Below, one piece after another: positions 1 to 8,942 of a DNA stretch of 43,923 bases. The position numbers and the translations under genes were made by a program. Source of the stretch: a virus (lineage: Duplodnaviria; Caudoviricetes); IMG/VR virus record IMGVR_UViG_3300022917_000017, positions 1-43,923 of that record; one strand, given 5' to 3'. The notes beneath the pieces were generated by a model. The model was given only the letters and a program-made list of their open reading frames with translations, was not told the origin of the DNA and made no database searches. Within the stretch, counting starts at the first letter, position 1, and the number at the start of each line of letters is the position of its first letter.

Positions 1-163
1 TCTATTTCGTCATCGCTCTTTGAATTTGTTACAACATCTATCTGGTTGAACAATGGATCGTTGATCAAGTCCCCTTTAATCTTAAGACCTGCCGACTGGA
101 ATAGGTCTTCGAATATCGTATGCAGGAATAACCCCGGGGCAAAGTCCTCAGGCCTGGCAGACT
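1..163. repeat. Terminal direct repeat, left copy (circular assembly overlap)
   Basis: Identical to 43761-43923 except T37 vs A43797. Confidence 0.97.
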
Positions 164-629
164 TCCACCGGCGCGTTTTAAGCGGCCCTGCGTCTATCCA
201 TGGATAAACTAGCCCTGATGTCTTAGACCATGAATCAATGACGTTTGCTGAGGTCTGTAGTGTGTCGTACTTGGCTATGTTCAGAGTCGATAGATTCCCG
301 GTAAGCTTCGAGAACCAGTTACTATTTCCACTGAAGAACGACCACCGGATCTTGTTGTTCGCAATTCCCTCTACCCGCACAGACCCAAAGTACATCTGAG
401 TCCCGGCGTCGTTCATCAATGTGGCATTATTTACCACGTACTGCGATCCAAGCAGGCTGTCGGCGAGTGGCATGCCAAGAGCCTTTCGGTTATGGCCATT
501 GTCTGGCATTTCAGCTGCGTAAGAAAAATCACCAACCGATGTGTCGATCTGCTCAAAAAGCTTTGCCTGCCGCTCCATGCTTACGGCCGCGTTGAAATCC
601 AGTACTGTATCGTTTACCTTTAATATCAC
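1..629 (-). CDS. N-terminal part of a ~718-aa tail (tip/hub-like) protein that continues across the circular junction into 43760..42233
   Basis: GTG at 629 overlaps the upstream TGA (GTGA). The frame MILKVNDTVLDFNAAVSMERQAK...GDFSYAAEMPDNGHNRKALG stays open to base 1 and is in frame with the 531-aa ORF. Confidence 0.85.
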   Translation of the reverse strand, partial: MILKVNDTVLDFNAAVSMERQAKLFEQIDTSVGDFSYAAEMPDNGHNRKALGMPLADSLLGSQYVVNNATLMNDAGTQMYFGSVRVEGIANNKIRWSFFSGNSNWFSKLTGNLSTLNIAKYDTLQTSANVIDSWSKTSGLVYPWIDAGPLKTRRWKSARPEDFAPGLFLHTIFEDLFQSAGLKIKGDLINDPLFNQIDVVTNSKSDDEI

Positions 630-2758
630 GCGGTTTGCGCAGGAATATCCCCTGTCTCCGTAATGGTAAATTCAATCTCCCGAAGCTTGTCTCCGTCCCC
701 TGTGATGCGCAGCGAGTTAGTGTCGACTGTCACTGTTCGCCTTCCAGCGGCATCGATGATCTGAACCAATGGTGACGATTTGATGTAAGCCAGAGCGAAC
801 GCTTCCTCTCGGGTTATGCCGTTCTGAGAACGCACTACGATCTGCCGGCGTGACGCACGAAGCGTTTCGTATCGCAGTGTATCGGCCGTGCTGCCGTATG
901 ACTGTGGCCATGATGGAAGTACGTTCTTTTCTGACTCCTGAGTCTCCTTTACCTCGGTCATGTAGTCCTTCTCTGCCTTGAATGTCCAGTAGTCGAACCC
1001 GCCCAGGTTGTTAACCCAGGTCAGTTTTATCTCCTGATTCGCACACCCGCAATCTATCTTCACCATCTTTGATTCAGACTTGCGCGGGTAAACTTCAGTA
1101 TCTAAAGTAAAGTCGGTAATGTAAATGTTGGTCGATGTGCCTAGCCCGGCTGGCATGGTAGCGTAAATACCTACGTACTTAGCGTCAGGCAGGTCGTAAT
1201 CCAACGTGTTTATGTGCGTTGCTGCCGCCGAGAATGCTATGATAAGCTGTTCGTTGATGATGTTTAGATCGTCATCCAAAGCCACCAGGAAGAACGATAC
1301 CGTGGTCGTTGCGTTGTTTTTGGTTAGTCGATAGCTAAAAGTGTAGGTACCGGATGCGATGTTGACCTCGTCGTACATGATCTTCGCAACATTTGATAGC
1401 CCAGAAATTGCGTTAGCAAAGTCCTCTGCGCCTGGATCATCAACCCAGTCCGTAGCTGTGAAGCTGTATGGATCTACCTGATTCTCTTCGGTAAGTTCAA
1501 ACGCCGCCTGTGGTGTGCCATCAATGATCGTCACCCGCATGGAGTCATAGTAGCACGTGTTAACTCCTGGCTCGCGTAGCGGTATTCTGTAAACACCCAG
1601 GCCCTTCTCGGGTATGTCGTCCTGCGTGGTGATGTCAACAACTCCGTCCTTATAGTACTCACGTTGAAGTGTACCTCCACCGGCAGGTGATATGAAAGAG
1701 ATGTCTTGGTAACACGGTGCATCTGCTTCCTCGCATGCGAACAGAGTTGGAATAGCGAACAGAGTTAGGAATTTGCCGGTTTGTATGTTCATGAGGTACT
1801 CAGATAGGTATCCAGAATAGATGTTGCCGAACACAAGTTTGGCATTAACCGCGTGCCCTACGTAGTCCGGGGTGTCAGTAGTTACGCTTCCCTCAAACCG
1901 CAACAGCGTATATCCAAACGAGTAATCGTATGTCTCCTGATAGGTTACGTAGAAGTCAGTGAAGAAGTCTACCTGCACCGGCATGGTGTCATCGCCTACA
2001 CCGTTACGTAGTTTTACGTATGCCTTTAGTATCTCACTGATCGAGAACTTTACTGTGTTGTTATTGTCGGGGAGAAACTTAAGTGTAGCTGCCAGCTCTA
2101 AAGGCTTCTTCGTGATGAAAGATCCTGATGTGATGCCCGCGTACACCCGCACGATAAGCGCATAGTTGCTATAGTACTTACGTACCTGCGCGCCTGACTG
2201 GTTGTATGTCCCCTTGTAAGTCAGGTCGATAGTTACTCGGTTAAGTGTTGTAACCGCCTGTACCTGAAATATACCGTTTAACTCAGGACTAGTTGCGTTT
2301 GTTATCCTTATGAACTCAAGTGGATATATGGTAAGTGAAGATGAAAGTCTCAGCCTGGCGTATCCATTATCATTGTCGATTGATACTATTGATAATGCAG
2401 TTGTGGTATTGTATGGGAATAGGTCAGTGGCAACCTCATACACGATCGGAAGATGCACAGCGCTCCACATGTGCTCGATGTCCTCGCCACGTACCGTTAC
2501 GGTCGCGTCGTTAACCCATAGCACGTAGTCAACACCTGCGGCCGGACGTATGAAGTACTCGTTGGCATCGTTCACGTCGGCGTACCATATCCCATTGTAA
2601 GCCGGCACCGGGCTGTTCTCGATAACCAGGAAGTCGCCGGTGGTCAGGCCGTGAGCCGTGGAGGTAAACCGCGCATAGTTGAAGTTGTTGTCAACCGTTG
2701 CTGTCTTCGCCGGTGCCCCGAACCTACGCCCGATCGGTCTGGTTATTGTTAAAGCCAT
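626..2758 (-). CDS. Virion tail protein (distal tail/baseplate-like), 710 aa
   Basis: C-terminal IKLTWVNNLGGFDYWTF motif typical of Bacteroidota phage tail proteins; two N-terminal beta-rich repeats (first: AHGLTTGD...YNG); lies in the tail block. Confidence 0.7.
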   Translation of the reverse strand: MALTITRPIGRRFGAPAKTATVDNNFNYARFTSTAHGLTTGDFLVIENSPVPAYNGIWYADVNDANEYFIRPAAGVDYVLWVNDATVTVRGEDIEHMWSAVHLPIVYEVATDLFPYNTTTALSIVSIDNDNGYARLRLSSSLTIYPLEFIRITNATSPELNGIFQVQAVTTLNRVTIDLTYKGTYNQSGAQVRKYYSNYALIVRVYAGITSGSFITKKPLELAATLKFLPDNNNTVKFSISEILKAYVKLRNGVGDDTMPVQVDFFTDFYVTYQETYDYSFGYTLLRFEGSVTTDTPDYVGHAVNAKLVFGNIYSGYLSEYLMNIQTGKFLTLFAIPTLFACEEADAPCYQDISFISPAGGGTLQREYYKDGVVDITTQDDIPEKGLGVYRIPLREPGVNTCYYDSMRVTIIDGTPQAAFELTEENQVDPYSFTATDWVDDPGAEDFANAISGLSNVAKIMYDEVNIASGTYTFSYRLTKNNATTTVSFFLVALDDDLNIINEQLIIAFSAAATHINTLDYDLPDAKYVGIYATMPAGLGTSTNIYITDFTLDTEVYPRKSESKMVKIDCGCANQEIKLTWVNNLGGFDYWTFKAEKDYMTEVKETQESEKNVLPSWPQSYGSTADTLRYETLRASRRQIVVRSQNGITREEAFALAYIKSSPLVQIIDAAGRRTVTVDTNSLRITGDGDKLREIEFTITETGDIPAQTA

Positions 2759-2967
2759 GGATATTCAATAAAAGCCCATTGAGAGACTCTGTACAGATCG
2801 TCTGTAAACCATCTGTCATCCTTAATTCCATCTTTGTCAAAAACTATAAATGCACCTGATTGATAATTTGCTACGCATAAATCTCCGTTATTTAATATGA
2901 CGAAGTAGAAACCGCATTTGCTTGGAGAACATTTCACCAAATCAAACCACTGTGTTGTTGAACCCAT
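2749..2967 (-). CDS. Small AT-rich hypothetical protein (DUF551-like)
   Basis: 72-aa ORF overlapping both neighbours; W...P...G.Y.V...V..W pattern. Confidence 0.55.
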   Translation of the reverse strand: MGSTTQWFDLVKCSPSKCGFYFVILNNGDLCVANYQSGAFIVFDKDGIKDDRWFTDDLYRVSQWAFIEYPWL

Positions 2968-3424
2968 TTTTAATACGTGTGATTGATGCCTGTATAAAGT
3001 CCTGTGTTATCTGCTCGGTTATCTCCTTTTCCAGCTTTTCGATGGTCGGGGTGAATACTACGCGGCCGCCTTTCTTGTAAGTTTGATCGCCTTCACGGTT
3101 GATCTGAAGCGTCATGTACCGGGCGATGTGCTCCCGCTCCTTTGGGGTCTTGTCCATCGCAATGCCCCTGGCGTTCATGTATTCCAACATCGACTTGTCG
3201 TAGCCTTGGTACTCGGATGACTTCCTTGGACCGCGACCGGTTTCGATTGCATTGAAGAACTTGCGACCGTAAAAGATAAGCGAGTAAATCGTGTCCTTGA
3301 TCTTGACCTCAAAGTGTACGCTCTTGACCGTTCCTCCTGTAGCCGAAAGTGGCCTCAACACGTTCTGTATCGCCTTCACGCCTATTATTCCGAACTGATT
3401 GAGGGTCGATTCCAGGTTGGTCAT
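2942..3424 (-). CDS. Putative neck/tail completion protein
   Basis: ATGG...SV.F, IETGRGP and I.REG motifs; position in the tail block. Confidence 0.6.
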   Translation of the reverse strand: MTNLESTLNQFGIIGVKAIQNVLRPLSATGGTVKSVHFEVKIKDTIYSLIFYGRKFFNAIETGRGPRKSSEYQGYDKSMLEYMNARGIAMDKTPKEREHIARYMTLQINREGDQTYKKGGRVVFTPTIEKLEKEITEQITQDFIQASITRIKNGFNNTVV

Positions 3425-3522
3425 TTGTTGCGTTTACCGTAAACAAAGTCTACCATACCCCAAATAACAAATGCCATAAATGCAAATATTACTAATCCGC
3501 AAATTAAACCGTATGTATTCAT
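3421..3522 (-). CDS. 33-aa single-TM micropeptide (not in ORF track)
   Basis: MNTYGLICGLVIFAFMAFVIWGMVDFVYGKRNK; ATGA-coupled to the downstream gene. Confidence 0.6.
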   Translation of the reverse strand: MNTYGLICGLVIFAFMAFVIWGMVDFVYGKRNK

Positions 3523-3523
3523 G

Positions 3524-3979
3524 TTAGCACTGTGGCTCCAAATCTACACAAAAAACAGAACCGGAGGGGGTATTAAGGTCGAAACTTAGGATCACCCCGG
3601 TTAGCACGTCGGCGTGCCGCTTGTGGAAAGGTTCCCGGGAACGGCTCGGCATGGTGATAAGTTTGGACTTCTTCAGGCCCCGGTCGTAGATGTCGGATAG
3701 CTTCGCGGCGATCGCGTCGGCCTTGTCCTTCAGCGACTCGTAGTGCTCTGGCTTTGAAGGAAGGCTGTCTTTGAACGCGATGTGCAGCACCACGTTCCAT
3801 GTCTGGTTCTTGTTAGCCTCTACCGTTTCGGTCATGGAGAGGGACTCCAACCACACGTACGGGTACGGCTTGTCCTTCTCCGAATTGAAGTCAGACACCT
3901 GCCCAGAGTTGAACTTTGCCACCTCGGAAAGCACGGCTGTGCCTTGCTCAAGGAATGCGCGTACTTCGGATCTGGTCAT
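3524..3979 (-). CDS. Putative tail terminator/completion protein
   Basis: 151 aa with YPYVWL and EPF...LTGV.L.F motifs; synteny. Confidence 0.6.
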   Translation of the reverse strand: MTRSEVRAFLEQGTAVLSEVAKFNSGQVSDFNSEKDKPYPYVWLESLSMTETVEANKNQTWNVVLHIAFKDSLPSKPEHYESLKDKADAIAAKLSDIYDRGLKKSKLITMPSRSREPFHKRHADVLTGVILSFDLNTPSGSVFCVDLEPQC

Positions 3980-4257
3980 TTCTTATTTGGTTTATCAAAC
4001 GCTTTAATGTATCTCTTCTGTGCCTCTGCATACAAAGACACGTATTCTAATCTCTTGTGGAACCGGTAAACATGCCAGTTATAAAGCTCTTCCGTTGAGC
4101 ACCCAGTCTCTTTCTCCATAGCCACAGTCGTACCGTAGAAACCGTAAAAATTAGCCAGGCGCGGATAACCAGCAGCAACTTCTTCGTCAGTGTAATTTCC
4201 TTTCGGGAGACGTCGTTGATGGGCCTGCTCAATCCGATCAATTTCAGTAACGTAAAA
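3976..4257 (-). CDS. -1 frame extension of tail assembly chaperone (gpGT-like C-terminus)
   Basis: Open -1 frame FYVTEIDRIEQAHQRR...EEVAAGYPRLANFYGFYGT...KPNKK whose stop is ATGA-coupled to the next gene. Confidence 0.75.
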   Translation of the reverse strand, partial: FYVTEIDRIEQAHQRRLPKGNYTDEEVAAGYPRLANFYGFYGTTVAMEKETGCSTEELYNWHVYRFHKRLEYVSLYAEAQKRYIKAFDKPNKK

Positions 4258-4760
4258 CTTCCTACGGCCAGCACCTCCATGGCTGGCGCGTTCATGAACT
4301 GCTCGGCCATTTCTTCGGCTTTCTCGAAATCGAACTCTCCGTCGTTAGTTTGCGGTTGCGCGTACACTGCGCAGTACAAAGCGTAGCGCCGGATCTGATC
4401 GTTAGCGTTGAGTGTTGCGGTGCTTGCCACGTCTTCGCGTATGTATTGGTACTGACCTATGGTTTCGAATCCGAGGTCCTTCGGCAGATCGTAACCCAGA
4501 ATGCTTGTCGGAACACCTTTCGGTATCTCAGTGGTAGTGAGGAACGAAAGGCAGATCAGAAGCTCGTCCAGCGTTCCGGTCTCCGCACGTGCGTTACCGA
4601 TGGCCTCCGAAGGCTCTTCCAGGAACACCCCGAATATCTTCAGCCAATCGTCGTTGCACTCGTTTATCGCCAGCAACTGACGAAAGGTTACCTCCTCCCA
4701 CCGAGTGGGGATTTGAACCGTCTTGATCTTCTTGCCTAGTCGTACGTTGAATGTCTGCAT
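4047..4760 (-). CDS. Tail assembly chaperone (gpG-like)
   Basis: IPTRWEEVTFRQL and DLGFETIGQY motifs; overlapping -1 frame. Confidence 0.7.
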   Translation of the reverse strand: MQTFNVRLGKKIKTVQIPTRWEEVTFRQLLAINECNDDWLKIFGVFLEEPSEAIGNARAETGTLDELLICLSFLTTTEIPKGVPTSILGYDLPKDLGFETIGQYQYIREDVASTATLNANDQIRRYALYCAVYAQPQTNDGEFDFEKAEEMAEQFMNAPAMEVLAVGSFTLLKLIGLSRPINDVSRKEITLTKKLLLVIRAWLIFTVSTVRLWLWRKRLGAQRKSFITGMFTGSTRD

Positions 4761-4769
4761 CGTGTGTGT

Positions 4770-6137
4770 TTAAAATACCTGCATAGCCGGTGCCCCCTGT
4801 GGGGTAGTACTCAAAAGCACGTCAAAGTAAGCGCGCATGATGTACGTATCCAAATCGTCGGGGGAATGACCGAGCATTTCTTTCATAATTTCTTTCTTGA
4901 TGATCCCCTGTTTCATGTCGGAATCTACCGCTTTGCGCTTTAGCTGTTCCAGTTCGAGGGTAATCTTGTCCCGGACCTCGCCTTCCTGCGGGTCGTAAAT
5001 CGCCGCTGCGTTCACAATCTCCGCAAGTTTAAAAGCGCATTGGCTCTTCAGCATGTCGAAGTTAGCCCGCACAGTCTGGCCCTGAAGATCCCGTTCGTAG
5101 GTCAGGAGAGGCAATGACGCCGCGATGAATCCGGAGCAGTTCAGGATGTCCTTAACACCTCCGCCTACGCCGTCCTCGTCAACGATCGTGCGCGACATGG
5201 GTATCTGGTAGGCATTGGCCAGTTCGCGGATACTGGCGGCTGTATCGGTCACTGTGGACTTCGTGAGCACCACCCGCTTAATGCAGCGCCAGCCGGACCA
5301 AACCCTTATGATCGTCTTGTCTTTGCCCATGCGGGCGATGTCGGCGGATATGTAACCGATACCTTCAGGCACGTGCTGGTTATGGAAAATGTCGAGTATG
5401 TTGTTGTACTCGCACATGGTCGCAGGATCGTCGTCAAACTCCCAGTTTCCTTTTAACAGGCGTTCCTTCTCGTTGGTTGACAAAACCCTCTGTAGGTTCT
5501 CCAAATACCCAGCAGCAAGCTTTTTGTTATCCTCCGGTAGGGCCTGAACGAAACGCTTCCAAGCGTCTAATTCCCCGTTCTTGTTTGGCTTGTAGTACGA
5601 TCGATAGAGGTAGTTCTTAGATGGATTGCATGTTTGAAGTAGCTTACCAGACAACCCAAAGTCATCATTTTTCCAACGTCCTATTGTTGCGGCTAGGTTG
5701 TTCTTTGCAGCCTCTTGTAACTCGCCTGCTTCCTCAATCCATCCGCGAGTCATCTGCATGGACCCAAACCTCTGGAACTGTTCATCCCCAGGCTGATACG
5801 CCGCCTCAATCAAAAAAACCTTAGATTTGTTGTGGAGGGTGTAGAAGTTGTCTTGACCATCGTATTTGTAGTACGAAGGTCCTAAGCCCCAATGCCTGAA
5901 CACCTCATCGATAGACGGCTTAGTGTATTTGCGTAGGTCGTTAAGCTTCTTTCTTGCGATGAAATACTGTGTCTCCGGGTAGATCAAAGCGTCTCCGAAT
6001 ATCAACGAGACGCCCAGATATGACTTGCCCGATCCCTTACTGCCACCGTAAACAATATCCGACACCGAGTCGTCAACCCAATGCCGGCAAACCTCCTTCT
6101 GCTTCTCGTTCCCGTTGGTGTCGAATGTGATCTTCAA
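4770..6137 (-). CDS. terL: Terminase large subunit (PBSX-like)
   Basis: Walker A YGGSKGSGKS, Walker B WIEEAGE, TCNP coupling motif, nuclease ADIARMGKD and SPDDLD. Confidence 0.95.
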   Translation of the reverse strand: MKITFDTNGNEKQKEVCRHWVDDSVSDIVYGGSKGSGKSYLGVSLIFGDALIYPETQYFIARKKLNDLRKYTKPSIDEVFRHWGLGPSYYKYDGQDNFYTLHNKSKVFLIEAAYQPGDEQFQRFGSMQMTRGWIEEAGELQEAAKNNLAATIGRWKNDDFGLSGKLLQTCNPSKNYLYRSYYKPNKNGELDAWKRFVQALPEDNKKLAAGYLENLQRVLSTNEKERLLKGNWEFDDDPATMCEYNNILDIFHNQHVPEGIGYISADIARMGKDKTIIRVWSGWRCIKRVVLTKSTVTDTAASIRELANAYQIPMSRTIVDEDGVGGGVKDILNCSGFIAASLPLLTYERDLQGQTVRANFDMLKSQCAFKLAEIVNAAAIYDPQEGEVRDKITLELEQLKRKAVDSDMKQGIIKKEIMKEMLGHSPDDLDTYIMRAYFDVLLSTTPQGAPAMQVF

Positions 6138-6328
6138 GAAATATGCCCCCTTCTCCTCATGTCCTTTACAATTGCCAGAATTCGTGCTCCCCGAGATTTA
6201 GATAATCTCAGTTTATGCCCTGGGTATTAAACGTAGTCGAATCTTGTGAACTATGCCATATTTTATTCTGTCGCTGTTGTCTAACCCCCGTATTTTTAGA
6301 TACCTTACCAAAGAATATTCTGCACTGT

Positions 6329-6451
6329 TCACCGAAGATTATTCGGTTTGCGGTTAAAGAATTCCATGTACGCCGCCAGGCCTATTCCGTACAGAAGAAG
6401 CGAGAAATAGGCTATGCAGGGAAGAAGTAAAAGCCATTGGTACCACTTCAC
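6329..6451 (-). CDS. 40-aa TM micropeptide
   Basis: MKWYQWLLLLPCIAYFSLLLYGIGLAAYMEFFNRKPNNLR; GTGA-coupled to the upstream ORF. Confidence 0.5.
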   Translation of the reverse strand: MKWYQWLLLLPCIAYFSLLLYGIGLAAYMEFFNRKPNNLR

Positions 6452-6537
6452 TTCTGTGATTGCTTAACCATCATTACTAAAATTCCCATTGCCACTCCAA
6501 CAAAGTAGCATATTGTGCAATAAACCGCGATTGTCAT
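6448..6537 (-). CDS. 29-aa TM micropeptide
   Basis: MTIAVYCTICYFVGVAMGILVMMVKQSQK; ATGA overlap with the terS stop. Confidence 0.5.
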   Translation of the reverse strand: MTIAVYCTICYFVGVAMGILVMMVKQSQK

Positions 6538-6950
6538 TTTATCTCCATTCCGGTTATAGGTGTTATGTTTACCTGAGCCTCTAGCTCTTTCTTGTCAGCT
6601 AGTCCCTCTAGTCGTGCTGCGAGGTTCGCATTGTACACCCCGGCCATCGCCCCTTCGATGATGTCAGCGCTACACTGCTTCTTTAGTGCGCGTATGATCG
6701 GCACATATTCCGTGTACGCATCCCCTCTATTCTGCTCGTAATGGCCCAAATGCTCTAAAATACCGTTTCTCGAAAGGTACCCTTCGAACCCGACCCATGA
6801 AAGAGGACGCTGCTTTCTTCTCTCTACTGAGTCTCCATCCTTTCCTACAAAGTCGTGGACCATGTATGGGTTATCTTGAATCCATTGCTTGTAGTCCTCG
6901 AAAAGGCTTTTAAGGGCTTCGGGTGATTCTATTGCTTTAGGCTTACTCAT
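6534..6950 (-). CDS. terS: Terminase small subunit (P22 gp3-like)
   Basis: ESPE.L...FEDY..W, RPLSWVGF and GAMAGVYNANLAARLEGLADK motifs; upstream of terL. Confidence 0.88.
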   Translation of the reverse strand: MSKPKAIESPEALKSLFEDYKQWIQDNPYMVHDFVGKDGDSVERRKQRPLSWVGFEGYLSRNGILEHLGHYEQNRGDAYTEYVPIIRALKKQCSADIIEGAMAGVYNANLAARLEGLADKKELEAQVNITPITGMEIK

Positions 6951-7143
6951 CTTTTACCTTTTTTATAAAAACAGTTTCTATGCCTGGCCTACTCTGCTTA
7001 GTTCGTACACCTAGCCTCCAAGACCCTATAGCCTCTTTTACCCCCATTCCATTCAAATAAGCGTATATGGCGTTGCATGTCTCGATGTCATCAAGGTGTA
7101 TCTCATCCACGGTTCCGTCTTCATTTCGATCTATTCTGGGCAT
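6943..7143 (-). CDS. Hypothetical protein
   Basis: 66-aa ORF tightly packed in the operon. Confidence 0.6.
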   Translation of the reverse strand: MPRIDRNEDGTVDEIHLDDIETCNAIYAYLNGMGVKEAIGSWRLGVRTKQSRPGIETVFIKKVKDE

Positions 7144-7144
7144 C

Positions 7145-7387
7145 TCAGTACGGGAAAGCCTCCCGTCTCCGTTTCCTTGTTTGTTCAGCTTCCGCCCTCT
7201 TCGCTTTTTCGCACGCTGGGCAGTATGGCGTTTCTCGGTGCATAGGTCCTGGCCTTTTAAACAAAGCTACAGGGAAAGATGTTTCGCAAAGCTTGCAGGT
7301 CTTCTCTGTTCCGTCTTTGTTCTTTCGACCGGAAGGATGTCCCTTCATTGGGTCGAGTGTGCGCATCATATCTTGTCGTCTATCCAC
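7145..7387 (-). CDS. Zinc-ribbon protein
   Basis: KTCKLC...F...PYCPAC (CxxC/CxxC) with a basic tail. Confidence 0.65.
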   Translation of the reverse strand: MDRRQDMMRTLDPMKGHPSGRKNKDGTEKTCKLCETSFPVALFKRPGPMHRETPYCPACEKAKRAEAEQTRKRRREAFPY

Positions 7388-7554
7388 TTAATACCGAGAG
7401 CCACCGCGCTGATAGATACGACTGAAACCAGGAAGTAAACCAGCTTGTTACCGAAATTCCAGCATACCAAGCCCAAAAGGCTCAGGCCCGCGTAAGTCAC
7501 GGCGGTCATTACTACCGCTAAGATAAGTGTTGCGAGGATTGATTTGAATGTCAT
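7366..7554 (-). CDS. Small two-TM membrane protein
   Basis: Likely start ATG 7554 (MTFKSILATLILAVV...) after an A-rich leader; two hydrophobic helices. Confidence 0.6.
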   Translation of the reverse strand: MTFKSILATLILAVVMTAVTYAGLSLLGLVCWNFGNKLVYFLVSVVSISAVALGIKWIDDKI

Positions 7555-7565
7555 ATTGTTTGTTT

Positions 7566-7949
7566 TTAAAGTGATCCTGTGCATTGTGCCTGAGGATGTT
7601 CGCTTGCGAAGCCATGACAGTTTTTACGAGACTGTTCTGCCATCCACTCGGGCTTGTACCGGAAGTTGCAGAATGTTGCTTTAAGTCCATCAGCCATTTG
7701 CGTTGCGTGAGGATATCCTGATTTAAGATATGAGCCAGACATCCCATATAATGCGTGTCTATCAACCACAGGCAACTTATTTATGAATTGGTCTATATCA
7801 CTCCATTTCATCTTCACCGGCACCCCCTTCGCGTGGCGCTCCTTCCAGGTACTGGATAGTTCGTGTTTCTTTATCTGGTCGGATGTCATCATGCGAGCCT
7901 CCCAGTTTTTTAAGTTACCCATTGCTACCTCCTTTCGGTCCGTGTCCAT
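7566..7949 (-). CDS. Hypothetical protein
   Basis: 127-aa ORF on the operon strand. Confidence 0.6.
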   Translation of the reverse strand: MDTDRKEVAMGNLKNWEARMMTSDQIKKHELSSTWKERHAKGVPVKMKWSDIDQFINKLPVVDRHALYGMSGSYLKSGYPHATQMADGLKATFCNFRYKPEWMAEQSRKNCHGFASEHPQAQCTGSL

Positions 7950-8328
7950 GCCTCCAGCGGAAATTTGTGAAACGGCCGTTAACTATCTGCCCGTATGGTT
8001 TCTGCGGTGTTATGGATTGAATACCTGGATGCCCTGTGAAAGCATGCACGTAGTTGAATTGCGTCGGAATCCGATGGCATAATCGCCCAAACTCCAAAGC
8101 TTCATCGGAAGACATTACGATCGGCTCCCCTTTCTTCCTCTGCTCGTCCTGGTAGGCGCGGAGGTCAATCCATAAGTCTGGATTTATAACTGGAAAATAC
8201 TTATCGACATTTTGATACGTATACACGTGCACATCGCCAGGTAGAAGACATGCACGCATACCTTCGTCATATCGTTGTTTTACATATTCGTTCCACTCAC
8301 CCACGTCTCCCTCCTTTACCCTCATCAA
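7915..8328 (-). CDS. Hypothetical protein
   Basis: 137-aa ORF; start may lie slightly downstream. Confidence 0.6.
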   Translation of the reverse strand: MMRVKEGDVGEWNEYVKQRYDEGMRACLLPGDVHVYTYQNVDKYFPVINPDLWIDLRAYQDEQRKKGEPIVMSSDEALEFGRLCHRIPTQFNYVHAFTGHPGIQSITPQKPYGQIVNGRFTNFRWRHGHGPKGGSNG

Positions 8329-8410
8329 TGTACAAATCGGAAGTCATAACTACGTAAATAATGTAAGCAAATGCTGCTGTGAAAACTGAAGGAATAATTA
8401 ACCAATACAT
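8297..8410 (-). CDS. 37-aa TM micropeptide
   Basis: MYWLIIPSVFTAAFAYIIYVVMTSDLYIDEGKGGRRG; A-rich leader. Confidence 0.5.
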   Translation of the reverse strand: MYWLIIPSVFTAAFAYIIYVVMTSDLYIDEGKGGRRG

Positions 8411-8433
8411 ATTTTCTGGGTTTAAAAGTTTAG

Positions 8434-8569
8434 CGTAGACGTCAGGCTTCGAACCTGAATGCTACCTTAGACCTTCTCAGGCTCTCGGTCGAGGATGGCC
8501 ATTTTGCCAGGCCACATGAACCGTTCAGGTTGCTACCTTATAGTGTATAACCAATTCCACCACATCTAC
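8434..8569 (-). ncRNA. tRNA-like RNA with an ~84-nt structured insert in place of the anticodon/variable arms
   Basis: Acceptor GTAGATG/CGTCTAC, D arm GTG-GAATTGGTTATA-CAC, T arm TCAGG-TTCGAAG-CCTGA; no canonical anticodon arm and no CCA. Confidence 0.75.
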
Positions 8570-8624
8570 AAAACTAACCCGGGGCTTATGGTGACCTCTT
8601 CCTTAACACCGGTCCCCGGGTGGT

Positions 8625-8939
8625 CTACAGATTAACGCTGTAGCCCGTTATTTGATCCTGATTGTGGTCATGTGGGTACACGAAAGCTGAATCGATGCTA
8701 TGAATCCGTGTGTGGCCAATGCACGTACGTTGTAACCCATCGTCGGTTTCTCCTGGTGCCATGATGCCAACCTGAAGATCATACATCACCTTCTCGCGTG
8801 AGAAGATCACTTTCGTGACATGGCAGTTCCGGATTATCGGGTTGCTCTCCCCGAACTGTAAGCAAACCTCGCAACCAATATTATAGGCGCTTGGCAGATC
8901 CCATGTAGGGTTTACGGGTGGTTTAGTTGATTCATACAT
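8625..8939 (-). CDS. Hypothetical protein
   Basis: 104-aa ORF on the operon strand. Confidence 0.65.
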   Translation of the reverse strand: MYESTKPPVNPTWDLPSAYNIGCEVCLQFGESNPIIRNCHVTKVIFSREKVMYDLQVGIMAPGETDDGLQRTCIGHTRIHSIDSAFVYPHDHNQDQITGYSVNL

Positions 8940-8942
8940 ACT

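Noticed and set aside
7434-7452. Third copy of the late-promoter palindrome
   Set aside because: Only one good half-site, inside a CDS, with no -7 box 27 nt downstream.
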